Positions 49,339-57,224 of a stretch of 64,000 nucleotides of DNA are shown piece by piece; the first letter of the stretch is position 1, and the number at the start of each line of letters is the position of its first letter. The notes below the pieces were generated by a model. That model ran no database searches. It was not told the DNA's origin and worked only from the letters and a program-made list of their open reading frames with translations. The translations under genes and the position numbers were made by a program. The DNA is from Angustibacter luteus. Lineage in GTDB: Bacteria; Actinomycetota; Actinomycetes; Actinomycetales; Angustibacteraceae. The DNA lies in assembly GCF_039541115.1 (NCBI RefSeq), contig NZ_BAABFP010000008.1, forward strand, positions 372,001 to 436,000, read 5' to 3'.

Positions 49339-51771
49339 ATGGCGACCGTCCCGACGTCTTCGGAGGTGCAGGCGGCGCGGCCGTGGCACGACACGTCGCT
49401 GCCCGTGGCCCAGCGCGTCGAGGCCCTGCTGGGCGAGATGACGCTCGAGGAGAAGGTCGCCCAGCTCGGCAGCCGCTGGGTGGGCAACGACATGCAGGAC
49501 GAGGTCGCCACCCCGGAGCAGCCCGCGGACGAGCCGGCGACCACCTTCAACGTCGCCCCGCTGCAGGACGTCTTCGCCGCGTCGGGGACCGTCTCGCTCG
49601 AGGAGGCCAGCGTCCACGGGCTGGGCCACCTCACGCGGGTCTTCGGTAGCCGGCCGGTCACCGTGGCCGAGGGCACCGCCGAGCTGGTCCGCCAGCACCA
49701 CGTCGTCCTGGACGGTTCGCGGCTGGGAGTTCCGGCGCTCGTGCACGAGGAGTGCCTCACGGGCTTCACCACGTTCGGCGCGACCATCTACCCGGCGGCG
49801 ATCGCCTGGGGGGCGACGTTCGACGCCGACCTGGTCGAGCGGATGGCGGCCGCGATCGGCCGGGACATGGCCGCCGTGGGCGTGCACCAGGGGCTCGCTC
49901 CTGTCGTCGACGTCGTCCGGGACTACCGGTGGGGCCGGGTCGAGGAGACCATCGGCGAAGACCCGTACCTGGTCGGGATGCTGGGCGGCGCCTACGTCCG
50001 CGGCCTGCAGGGCGCGGGTGTCATCGCCACGCTCAAGCACTTCGCCGGCTACTCAGCGGCCCGCGCCGGCCGCAACCACGGGCCGGTCTCCATGGGACGG
50101 CGCGAGCTGCTCGACATCATCCTGCCGACGTTCGAGATGGCGGTGGTGCGCGACGGCGTCGGTTCGGTGATGAACTCCTACTCCGACGTCGACGGCGTCC
50201 CGGCCGCGGCGGACACCTGGCTGCTCACCGACCTGCTGCGCGGGGAGTGGGGCTTCGAGGGCACTGTCGTGTCCGACTACTGGGCCGTCCCGTTCCTGTC
50301 CTTGATGCACCGGGTCGCGGCCGACGCCGACGAGGCCGGCGTGCTCGCGCTCACGGCCGGCATCGACGTCGAGCTGCCGGACACCCTGGGCTTCGGCAGC
50401 GGGCTGACCGACCGGGTCAACCGCGGCGAGCTCTCGGTCGACCTCATCGACCGGGCGGTGCGCCGGCTGCTGACCCAGAAGGTCGAGCTGGGCCTGCTCG
50501 ACCCCGACTGGACGCCCGAGGGCTCTGTCCGCGACGGCGACACCGACCTGGACTCGGCCGAGAACCGCAGCATCGCGCTCGAGCTGGCCGAGCGCTCGAT
50601 CATCCTGCTGGACGCCGGCACCGCCCTCCCGCTCCTCGGCGACGGACGGCCCACGCTCGGCCGGGTCGCGGTCGTCGGGCCGTGCGCCGACGACCCGCGC
50701 ACCTTCATGGGCTGCTACGCGTTCCCCAACCACGTGCTGCCGCGCTACCCCGAGGTGGGCCTCGGCGTCCAGGTGCCCTCCGGGGTGGACGCGCTGCGCG
50801 CCGAGCTGCCCGGCGTCGAGGTGGTCCACGCACCGGGGTGCGCGGTGCAGGGCGAGGACCGCTCCGGCTTCGCCGCCGCGGTCGCGGCCGCCCGCGACGC
50901 CGACGTCTGCGTGGCCTACGTCGGAGACCTCGCCGGGCTGTTCGGGCTCGGGACCTCCGGTGAGGGCTGCGACGCCGTCGACCTGAAGCTGCCTGGGCTG
51001 CAGGCCGAGCTCCTCGCGGAGCTCCTCGACACCGGCACCCCGCTGGTGGTGGTCGTCGTGTCCGGCCGTCCCTACGCACTCGGTGACGTGCACGGCCGGG
51101 CCGCGGGGCTCGTGCAGGCCTTCATGCCGGGTGAGGAGGGCGGCCAGGCGATCGCCGGCGTGCTCTCCGGCCGCGTCCAGCCCGGCGGCAAGCTGCCGGT
51201 GCAGATCCCGCGCACCTCCGGCGGCCAACCGAGCACCTACCTGCAGCCCGCTCTCGGCGCGGCTGAGAGCGCCGGCATCAGCAGCCTGGACTCGACGCCG
51301 CTCTTCCCGTTCGGCTTCGGCACGTCGTACACGTCCTTCGAGGTGACCGACCTGCGGGTCAGCGACACCGAGGTGCCCACGGACGGCGAGTTCACGGTGA
51401 CCGTGCGGGTCGCCAACACTGGTTCGCGGTCCGGTGACGAGGTCGTCCAGCTGTACCTGCACGACGCGCAGGCGCAGGTCGCCCGACCGCTGATGCAGCT
51501 CGCCGGCTTCGCGCGCACGCACCTCGAGGTGGGCGAGGAGCAGGACGTCGCCTTCACCGTGCACACGGACCGGACGTCGTACCTGGACCTTCGGCTGCAG
51601 CGGATCGTCGAGCCGGGTGACATCGAGGTGCTCGTGGGCACCTCGGCGGCCGATCTGCCCTGCCGGGCCACGATCGCGCTCACCGGGCCGGTCCGGCCAG
51701 TCGGGAGTGATCGCCAGCTGGTCACCCCGGTAACCTTCCCTGGGCGTTCCACGACGCCAGGTACTGCCTAG
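49339..51771 (+). CDS. GH3 beta-xylosidase/beta-glucosidase (BxlA-like)
   Basis: MTLEEKVAQL, HEECLTG, RWGRVEETIGEDP, TLKHF, VVSDY nucleophile, SGEGCD, FGFG, C-terminal Fn3-like domain. Confidence 0.93.
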   Translation: MATVPTSSEVQAARPWHDTSLPVAQRVEALLGEMTLEEKVAQLGSRWVGNDMQDEVATPEQPADEPATTFNVAPLQDVFAASGTVSLEEASVHGLGHLTRVFGSRPVTVAEGTAELVRQHHVVLDGSRLGVPALVHEECLTGFTTFGATIYPAAIAWGATFDADLVERMAAAIGRDMAAVGVHQGLAPVVDVVRDYRWGRVEETIGEDPYLVGMLGGAYVRGLQGAGVIATLKHFAGYSAARAGRNHGPVSMGRRELLDIILPTFEMAVVRDGVGSVMNSYSDVDGVPAAADTWLLTDLLRGEWGFEGTVVSDYWAVPFLSLMHRVAADADEAGVLALTAGIDVELPDTLGFGSGLTDRVNRGELSVDLIDRAVRRLLTQKVELGLLDPDWTPEGSVRDGDTDLDSAENRSIALELAERSIILLDAGTALPLLGDGRPTLGRVAVVGPCADDPRTFMGCYAFPNHVLPRYPEVGLGVQVPSGVDALRAELPGVEVVHAPGCAVQGEDRSGFAAAVAAARDADVCVAYVGDLAGLFGLGTSGEGCDAVDLKLPGLQAELLAELLDTGTPLVVVVVSGRPYALGDVHGRAAGLVQAFMPGEEGGQAIAGVLSGRVQPGGKLPVQIPRTSGGQPSTYLQPALGAAESAGISSLDSTPLFPFGFGTSYTSFEVTDLRVSDTEVPTDGEFTVTVRVANTGSRSGDEVVQLYLHDAQAQVARPLMQLAGFARTHLEVGEEQDVAFTVHTDRTSYLDLRLQRIVEPGDIEVLVGTSAADLPCRATIALTGPVRPVGSDRQLVTPVTFPGRSTTPGTA

Positions 51772-51780
51772 GGAGACGTC

Positions 51781-52803
51781 GTGCCGTCCGGTTCCGCCCG
51801 CACCACGCTCGCCACTGTCGCCGCCTCCGCCGGTGTCTCCGTCGCGACCGTGTCGAAGGTGATCAACGGGCGAACCGACGTGTCCCCCACCACCCGAGCC
51901 CGGGTCCAGGCGCTGCTCCGCCAGCACGACTACGTGTCGCGGCGGGTGCCGGCCGGCGGGACCCCGAGCATCGCGCTGCTCTTCCAGAACGACCTCAACG
52001 CCTACATGACCGAGATCATGAACGGGGCGCTGGACGCCGCGGCCGACCTCACGGTCTCGGTGGTGGTGTCGGTGCTGTCGCTCGCGAAGGGCACGTCCGA
52101 GCCCACGGACTGGGCGAAGGACGTGATCGCCGCAGGTCGCAAGGCCGTCGTCGCGGTAACCACCGAGCTGACCGCCAGTGACGTCGGCGCCCTGTCGCGG
52201 GCCCGGCTGCCGCTGGTCGTCGTCAACCCGTTGACGACCCCGCACGCCCGGTTGACGAGCGTCGGCTCGACCGACTTCAGCGGCGGCATCGCGGCCACCA
52301 ACCACCTGCTGGCCCTGGGGCACCGCAAGATCGGCTACATCGGCGGCGCACCGCTGGCGCCCTGCAACCAGGCGCGGATGGCCGGCTTCCGCAGCGCGAT
52401 GCACGCGGCCGGGGCGCCGGTCATCGAGGAGTACCTGCGCTCGGAGCAGGAGGCCTACGACGACGGGGTCGCCAGCGGGGCCGAGCTCATGGACCTGCGG
52501 GACCGGCCGACCGCGCTGCTGGCGTTCAACGACGAGGTAGCGCTCGGAGTGCTCGAGGCGGCCCGAACGCGGGGCCTGCGAGTGCCGGCCGAGCTCAGCG
52601 TCGTGGGTTTCGACGACACCCAGATGGCCCGGCTGTCCTCGCCTCCGCTGACCACCGTCCGCCAGCCCCTGCGCGAGATGGGCGCCGTGGCCCTGCGCAC
52701 CGCCGTCCAGCTGTCCGCCGGCGCGCGCGTGGACTTCCGGCACATCGAGCTCGCCACCGAGCTCGTCGTCCGGGGCTCGACGGCCCAGCCCGACGCGCCG
52801 TAG
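51781..52803 (+). CDS. LacI family regulator (BxlR-like)
   Basis: TLATVAASAGVSVATVSKVING, LSVVGFDD, PPLTTVRQP, LVVRGST. Confidence 0.93.
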   Translation: MPSGSARTTLATVAASAGVSVATVSKVINGRTDVSPTTRARVQALLRQHDYVSRRVPAGGTPSIALLFQNDLNAYMTEIMNGALDAAADLTVSVVVSVLSLAKGTSEPTDWAKDVIAAGRKAVVAVTTELTASDVGALSRARLPLVVVNPLTTPHARLTSVGSTDFSGGIAATNHLLALGHRKIGYIGGAPLAPCNQARMAGFRSAMHAAGAPVIEEYLRSEQEAYDDGVASGAELMDLRDRPTALLAFNDEVALGVLEAARTRGLRVPAELSVVGFDDTQMARLSSPPLTTVRQPLREMGAVALRTAVQLSAGARVDFRHIELATELVVRGSTAQPDAP

Positions 52804-52824
52804 CCCCCCGCCTGCTGCGAGCCG

Positions 52825-53121
52825 TCAGCGGGGCACCACCGTCAGCGGGTGGATGCCTGGCGCCAGGGCGAGGTGGCCGTCCGCTGCGGCGAGCGCCGCG
52901 GCGACGTGCGGTGTGGCCAGGTGCTTGTCGAGGTCGGACGCGTCGCTCCACGACTCGATCGTGACGAACGTGCCGGGCGCGGCCGCCGACTCGTGCAGCT
53001 CGTACGACCGGCAGCCCTCCTCGGCCCGGGTGGGCTCGACGAGGTCGGCCAACGCGGCCCGGACGACGTCCTCCGACCCGGGGTTGGCGACGATCACGGC
53101 GACGACGGGGATGTCAGGCAC
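52825..53121 (-). CDS. ABM-domain putative quinol monooxygenase
   Basis: LVEPTRAEEGCRSYELH...FVTIESW...LDKHLATPH; GGAG SD. Confidence 0.88.
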   Translation of the reverse strand: MPDIPVVAVIVANPGSEDVVRAALADLVEPTRAEEGCRSYELHESAAAPGTFVTIESWSDASDLDKHLATPHVAAALAAADGHLALAPGIHPLTVVPR

Positions 53122-53386
53122 GAGGCGACTCCAGTTTTCGAGGTGGGTCCGGGCGGCGACCCATTCGACCAGCCGGCGGGCCGCGCCGCGCGCCGATCGG
53201 GCCGCCGACCGTGTCAAACGCCGGCCCGCGCCGGACTGACAACACCCGCGTTTGCGCAGGTCAGGGCCCAGATGACAGCCCGCGCATCGTGTCAGGCGAG
53301 CGCTGGGCCTGCCGGACGGCGTCTGATCTGCCCCATCGTGTGCTCGGCCCGTTCCGGGTCACCCCCGCAGCACACGAGGAGGACTG

Positions 53387-54214
53387 ATGACGTTCCGTTC
53401 CTGGGTCACCACGGCGGCGGCCGTGGCCCTGCTCGTCCCGGCCGGCGGGGCGGCCGCGTCGGCGGCCGACCTGCCCACCGTCAACATGGAGGCCACGGTC
53501 AAGGCCGCGCAGATCGACCCCCGCCGCGCCGACCATACGCTGACCCCCGGTGCGAAGGCGAGCGTCCTGGCGGTCGAGAAGGCGCTGCAGGCGAAGAAGC
53601 TGCTGGCGGCCCAGTGGGTCGACGGCTACTTCGGCACCGAGACGGTCGCGGCGTACGCGAAGTACCAGGCCTCCCTCGGCTATACCGGGCTGGCTGCCAA
53701 CGGGTTGCCCGGCAAGACGTCGCTGACCACGCTCGGCGCCGGTCGCTTCACGGTCACGAACCCGCTCGCGCCAGGTGCCAAGCTCACCCGCGACGGCGTC
53801 ACCGTGAACGCGCGGACCAACAGCATGCTCGCCGAGGCGCAGCGCCGGCTCGGCCGGACGCTGGTGCTCGAGCAGGGCTCCTACAACCCCGGCGGCGACC
53901 CCAGCTCGGCCGGCACCCACGACGGCGGCGGGGTCGTGGACATCTCGGTGACCGGCATGAGCGCCGCCACCCGCACGGCGGTGGCGAAGGGGCTGCGCGA
54001 GGTGGGATTCGCGGCCTGGGTGCGCAACCCGAGCCAGGGCGACTGGCCGTGGCACATCCACGCCGCGGCGATCAACGACACCGACCTGTCGAGCCAGGCC
54101 CAGCACCAGACCGGCGACTACTACCTGGGCAAGAACGGCCTCGCGAACCGCGCGGCGGACGACGGCCCCAAGGTCACGATCCACACCTGGGAGGAGTACC
54201 AGCGGCTGCAGTGA
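53387..54214 (+). CDS. Secreted peptidoglycan-binding protein with M15-like Zn peptidase domain
   Basis: Signal peptide; PG-binding VDGYFGTETVAAY...ANGLPGKTSL; QGSY...SAGTHDGGGVVDI...WHIH metal-binding pattern. Confidence 0.8.
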   Translation: MTFRSWVTTAAAVALLVPAGGAAASAADLPTVNMEATVKAAQIDPRRADHTLTPGAKASVLAVEKALQAKKLLAAQWVDGYFGTETVAAYAKYQASLGYTGLAANGLPGKTSLTTLGAGRFTVTNPLAPGAKLTRDGVTVNARTNSMLAEAQRRLGRTLVLEQGSYNPGGDPSSAGTHDGGGVVDISVTGMSAATRTAVAKGLREVGFAAWVRNPSQGDWPWHIHAAAINDTDLSSQAQHQTGDYYLGKNGLANRAADDGPKVTIHTWEEYQRLQ

Positions 54215-54264
54215 CAGCACGCAGCACCAACCATCACCAGCACACTCACGTGGAGGAAACGACG

Positions 54265-55122
54265 ATGAAGCAGCTCACGAAGACCCTCAGCCTGGCCGGC
54301 GCCGCGATCGCGGTCACCGCCTCGACCCTCGGCGCGGGCGCCACCCCGGCGTTCGCGGCCTCCCGCGACGGCGTCTGCAACAGCGGGGAGTTCTGCTACT
54401 ACTACAACAGCGGTGAGGCCGGCTCGATCTCGGACTTCACCGGCTCGATCGCCGACTACGGGACGACGCAGCCGGGCTGCTACGACTTCAAGGGCGCGGG
54501 CGCCGGCAAGGGCCTGTGCATCAAGAACAACGCCGCCTCGGTGTGGAACCGCAGCACCAAGACGGTGCGGGTTTACTTCAACAGCAGCTACGGCGGCACG
54601 TACCAGTCCATCGCGGCCGGCGCGAAGGCCAACCTCAACGCGACGCTCAAGAACAACAACGCGTCCCACCAGTTCGTGACCGCGTCCAGCACGGCGTGCT
54701 CGACGTCCGGCCTCGGTGACCCGCGTACCTGCAGCGGGGCGGTCGCGTGGGCCAACGACCACCTGGGCAGCACCTCGTTGGGCACCGGCACGTGCGACCA
54801 CGTCGTGGCCCTGGCGTACGGCTGGTCGAGCAGCGGGTCGCACGACGCCTACCTGCACTGGACCCAGGTGCCCAGCACGTACAAGCACGCGGGTGACCGC
54901 TCGGTGCCGGCCGGTGGCCTGGCCTTCTTCAGCGGCGGCTCGCAGGGCTACGGCCACGTGATGCTGTCACTCGGCGGCGGCAGCTTCGCCTCGACCGACG
55001 TCGGCACCGACGGCCGCTACCACGCGGGTCGTTACGGCAAGACCACCATCGCCACGATCGAGTCCAGCTTCGGCGAGCACTACCTCGGCTGGACCCAGCC
55101 GTGGTTCAAGGTCAACCACTGA
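54265..55122 (+). CDS. Secreted I36/crystallin-like domain + NlpC/P60-CHAP-like Cys peptidase
   Basis: GGAGG SD; signal ...TPAFA; ASRDGVCNSGEFCYYYNS...KNNAASVWN...KNNNASH; C-term GTCDHVVALAYG ... GYGHVMLSLGGG (Cys/His dyad). Confidence 0.78.
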   Translation: MKQLTKTLSLAGAAIAVTASTLGAGATPAFAASRDGVCNSGEFCYYYNSGEAGSISDFTGSIADYGTTQPGCYDFKGAGAGKGLCIKNNAASVWNRSTKTVRVYFNSSYGGTYQSIAAGAKANLNATLKNNNASHQFVTASSTACSTSGLGDPRTCSGAVAWANDHLGSTSLGTGTCDHVVALAYGWSSSGSHDAYLHWTQVPSTYKHAGDRSVPAGGLAFFSGGSQGYGHVMLSLGGGSFASTDVGTDGRYHAGRYGKTTIATIESSFGEHYLGWTQPWFKVNH

Positions 55123-55136
55123 TCCGGGTGTCGAGC

Positions 55137-56075
55137 ATGCCGAAGCACGTCAGAGCGCTGACCTCGCTGCTGATCACGCTCGTCGTGGTGGTCGCCGGTG
55201 CGATCGCCTTCGCCGGCCCCGCGTCAGCGGCCTCCCGCGACGGCGTCTGCAACAGCGGGGAGTTCTGCTACTACTACAACAGCGGTGAGGCGGGCTCGGT
55301 CTCCGACTTCACCGCCTCGCTGGACGACTACGGCGCGAGCCAGCCGACGTGCTACGAGTTCAAGGGGGCAGGGGCCGGCAAGGGCGTCTGCGTCAAGAAC
55401 AACGCGGCGTCGGTCTGGAACCGGACCGGCAAGACGGTGCGGGTGTACTTCAACAGCAACTTCGCCGGGTCGCACCAGGACTTCGCGGCCGGCGCGAAGG
55501 GCAACCTCAACGCCACGTTGAAGAACAACAACGCCTCTCACCAGCTGCTCACGGCCGCGCCGCCGACGGGGTGCAAGACCGACGGCACGAACAGCACGCT
55601 GCCCACCACCATCCTGGTGTACCGGGTGCAGGCCGGGCGGGTCGACCGGGTCGCGTTCAAGACCTACGTCAAGAACGTGCTGCCCAACGAGTGGGTGTCG
55701 AGCTGGCCGAGCGCCTCGCTGGACGCCGGCGCCATGGCCGTGAAGAGCTACGGCTGGTACTGGGCACTGCACTCGACCCGGCAGACCGGGACGGGCCAGT
55801 GCTACGACGTCCGGGACGACACGGCCGACCAGGTGTACGTGCCGTCGTCCGCTGCGGCCTCGACGAGCGCGGCGGTGGATCGCACCTGGGGTACCAGGAT
55901 GACCCGCAGCGGCAACATCCTGCAGGCGCACTACTGCTCGACGACGACCGCCTGCTCCGGGTGGGTCGACGGCAACTGGATGTCGCAGTACGGCTCGCGG
56001 GACCAGGCGAACGCCGGGAAGGGCTACGCGACGATCCTGAAGTCGTACTACAGCGGGATCGTGCTCACCTCGTAG
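55137..56075 (+). CDS. Secreted I36/crystallin-like domain + SpoIID/LytB domain
   Basis: Same N-domain as the previous gene; YVKNVLPNEW...SLDAGAMAVKSYGWY, DTADQVY, MSQYGS...Y.TILKSYY. Confidence 0.82.
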   Translation: MPKHVRALTSLLITLVVVVAGAIAFAGPASAASRDGVCNSGEFCYYYNSGEAGSVSDFTASLDDYGASQPTCYEFKGAGAGKGVCVKNNAASVWNRTGKTVRVYFNSNFAGSHQDFAAGAKGNLNATLKNNNASHQLLTAAPPTGCKTDGTNSTLPTTILVYRVQAGRVDRVAFKTYVKNVLPNEWVSSWPSASLDAGAMAVKSYGWYWALHSTRQTGTGQCYDVRDDTADQVYVPSSAAASTSAAVDRTWGTRMTRSGNILQAHYCSTTTACSGWVDGNWMSQYGSRDQANAGKGYATILKSYYSGIVLTS

Positions 56076-56080
56076 CCACT

Positions 56081-56109
56081 CGAGCACGTCCCGAGCACGG
56101 ATCGAGCAC
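56081..56109. repeat. CGAGCAC heptamer x3 with 11-bp period
   Basis: Copies at 56081, 56092 and 56103. Confidence 0.75.
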
Positions 56110-56226
56110 CGGGTCGCCCGTCGCGCTGCAGCGCGGCGGGCGATCCGGCATGTCTCGCTCCGCTTGCCGGTAATGTCGCTGCCCGGGCCCGGGCAGGTCA
56201 AGGGCGGGCACGAGCGAGGAGGGGGC

Positions 56227-57117
56227 GTGGCGGGCAGCACAGCGGCCGAGCGGGCGCAGGCGATCGAGGGGTTCGCCGCGGTCCTGTCGGACCTGCGCGA
56301 CTCGGTCGGCAAGCCGTCGTTCCGGACCATGGCCGGACGGTCCCGGGCCATCTCGCACACCACGCTGCACGAGGCAGCGCAGGGCAACCGGCTGCCGAGC
56401 TGGGGCACGACGGCGGAGTTCGTCCGGGCGTGCGGGGCGGATCCCGCGGACTACCGGGAACGGTGGGAGCAGGCCAACCGAGTCGTGAGCCCAGCCGGGA
56501 CCGACGTCCGGGCCGAACCCGCTCCGGCAGCCCCGACCGCACCTCCGTCCGCAGCTCCGTCCGGTCCGGACCAGCCCGTGCGGCGGCGTCGTCCGGGCCG
56601 GTACGCCGTTCTGGCCGCAGCCGCCGCTGTGCTGGTCGTCGCGGGTGCGGGGGTGGCGTGGGCCATGGCCACCCGGGACAAGACGGCGCCGCGCCCACCG
56701 GCCCGGTACGCCGCGAGCGACTGCCCGGTGCACCAGACGAACCCGCCGGTCGAGCAGCCCGAGCACCGCGGCGACCGAGCCTCGTTCGTCGCCGACCTGA
56801 CCCTGCCGGACTGCGCCCACGTGCCCCACGGGCAGACGGTCACGAAGGCGTGGCGGTTCAAGAACACCGGCACGGTGGCGTGGTCCGGCTACACCCTGCA
56901 CCGCGTCGACGAGCCGCAGCGACGCGACCAGTGCCAGACCATCTCGGACATCCCGGTTCCCGACACCGCGCCCGGAAAGATGGTGGACGTGAAGGTGGAC
57001 GTCACGGCCCCGACCGCCGCCACGTTCTGCTTCGTGCGGTTCAAGATGGTCGACGGGACCGGCCGGGTGGCCTTCCCGGGCAGCCGACCGGTGAACTTCC
57101 AGCTGATCGTGGACTGA
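56227..57117 (+). CDS. XRE-like HTH - TM - NBR1-like Ig domain protein (putative one-component transmembrane regulator)
   Basis: FAAVLSDLRDSVGKPSFRTMA...SHTTLHEAAQGNRLPSW HTH; TM YAVLAAAAAVLVVAGAGVAWA; FVADLTLPD...KAWRFKNTGTVAW...TAPG..VDV.V..TAP. Confidence 0.82.
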   Translation: MAGSTAAERAQAIEGFAAVLSDLRDSVGKPSFRTMAGRSRAISHTTLHEAAQGNRLPSWGTTAEFVRACGADPADYRERWEQANRVVSPAGTDVRAEPAPAAPTAPPSAAPSGPDQPVRRRRPGRYAVLAAAAAVLVVAGAGVAWAMATRDKTAPRPPARYAASDCPVHQTNPPVEQPEHRGDRASFVADLTLPDCAHVPHGQTVTKAWRFKNTGTVAWSGYTLHRVDEPQRRDQCQTISDIPVPDTAPGKMVDVKVDVTAPTAATFCFVRFKMVDGTGRVAFPGSRPVNFQLIVD

Positions 57118-57224
57118 CCGACGCGCCACGGAACTCCACGGCCTGCTCCCACTCGGCTCCAAGGGATTGCCCAGGTTCGTCGGCCAGAGTCCTCGGGAGA
57201 GATCATCCGAGGAAGGAACGTCCC

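Noticed and set aside
47713..50040. 775-aa solute-binding protein
   Set aside because: The extension is antisense to the GH3 gene; the Tat/lipobox signal begins at 49050
52849..55122. 757-aa fusion ORF
   Set aside because: The real gene starts at ATG 54265 (SD + signal peptide); the upstream part overlaps other genes
53387..56075. Prophage lysis cassette
   Set aside because: All three hydrolases have Sec-type signal peptides; no holin, structural or integrase genes nearby
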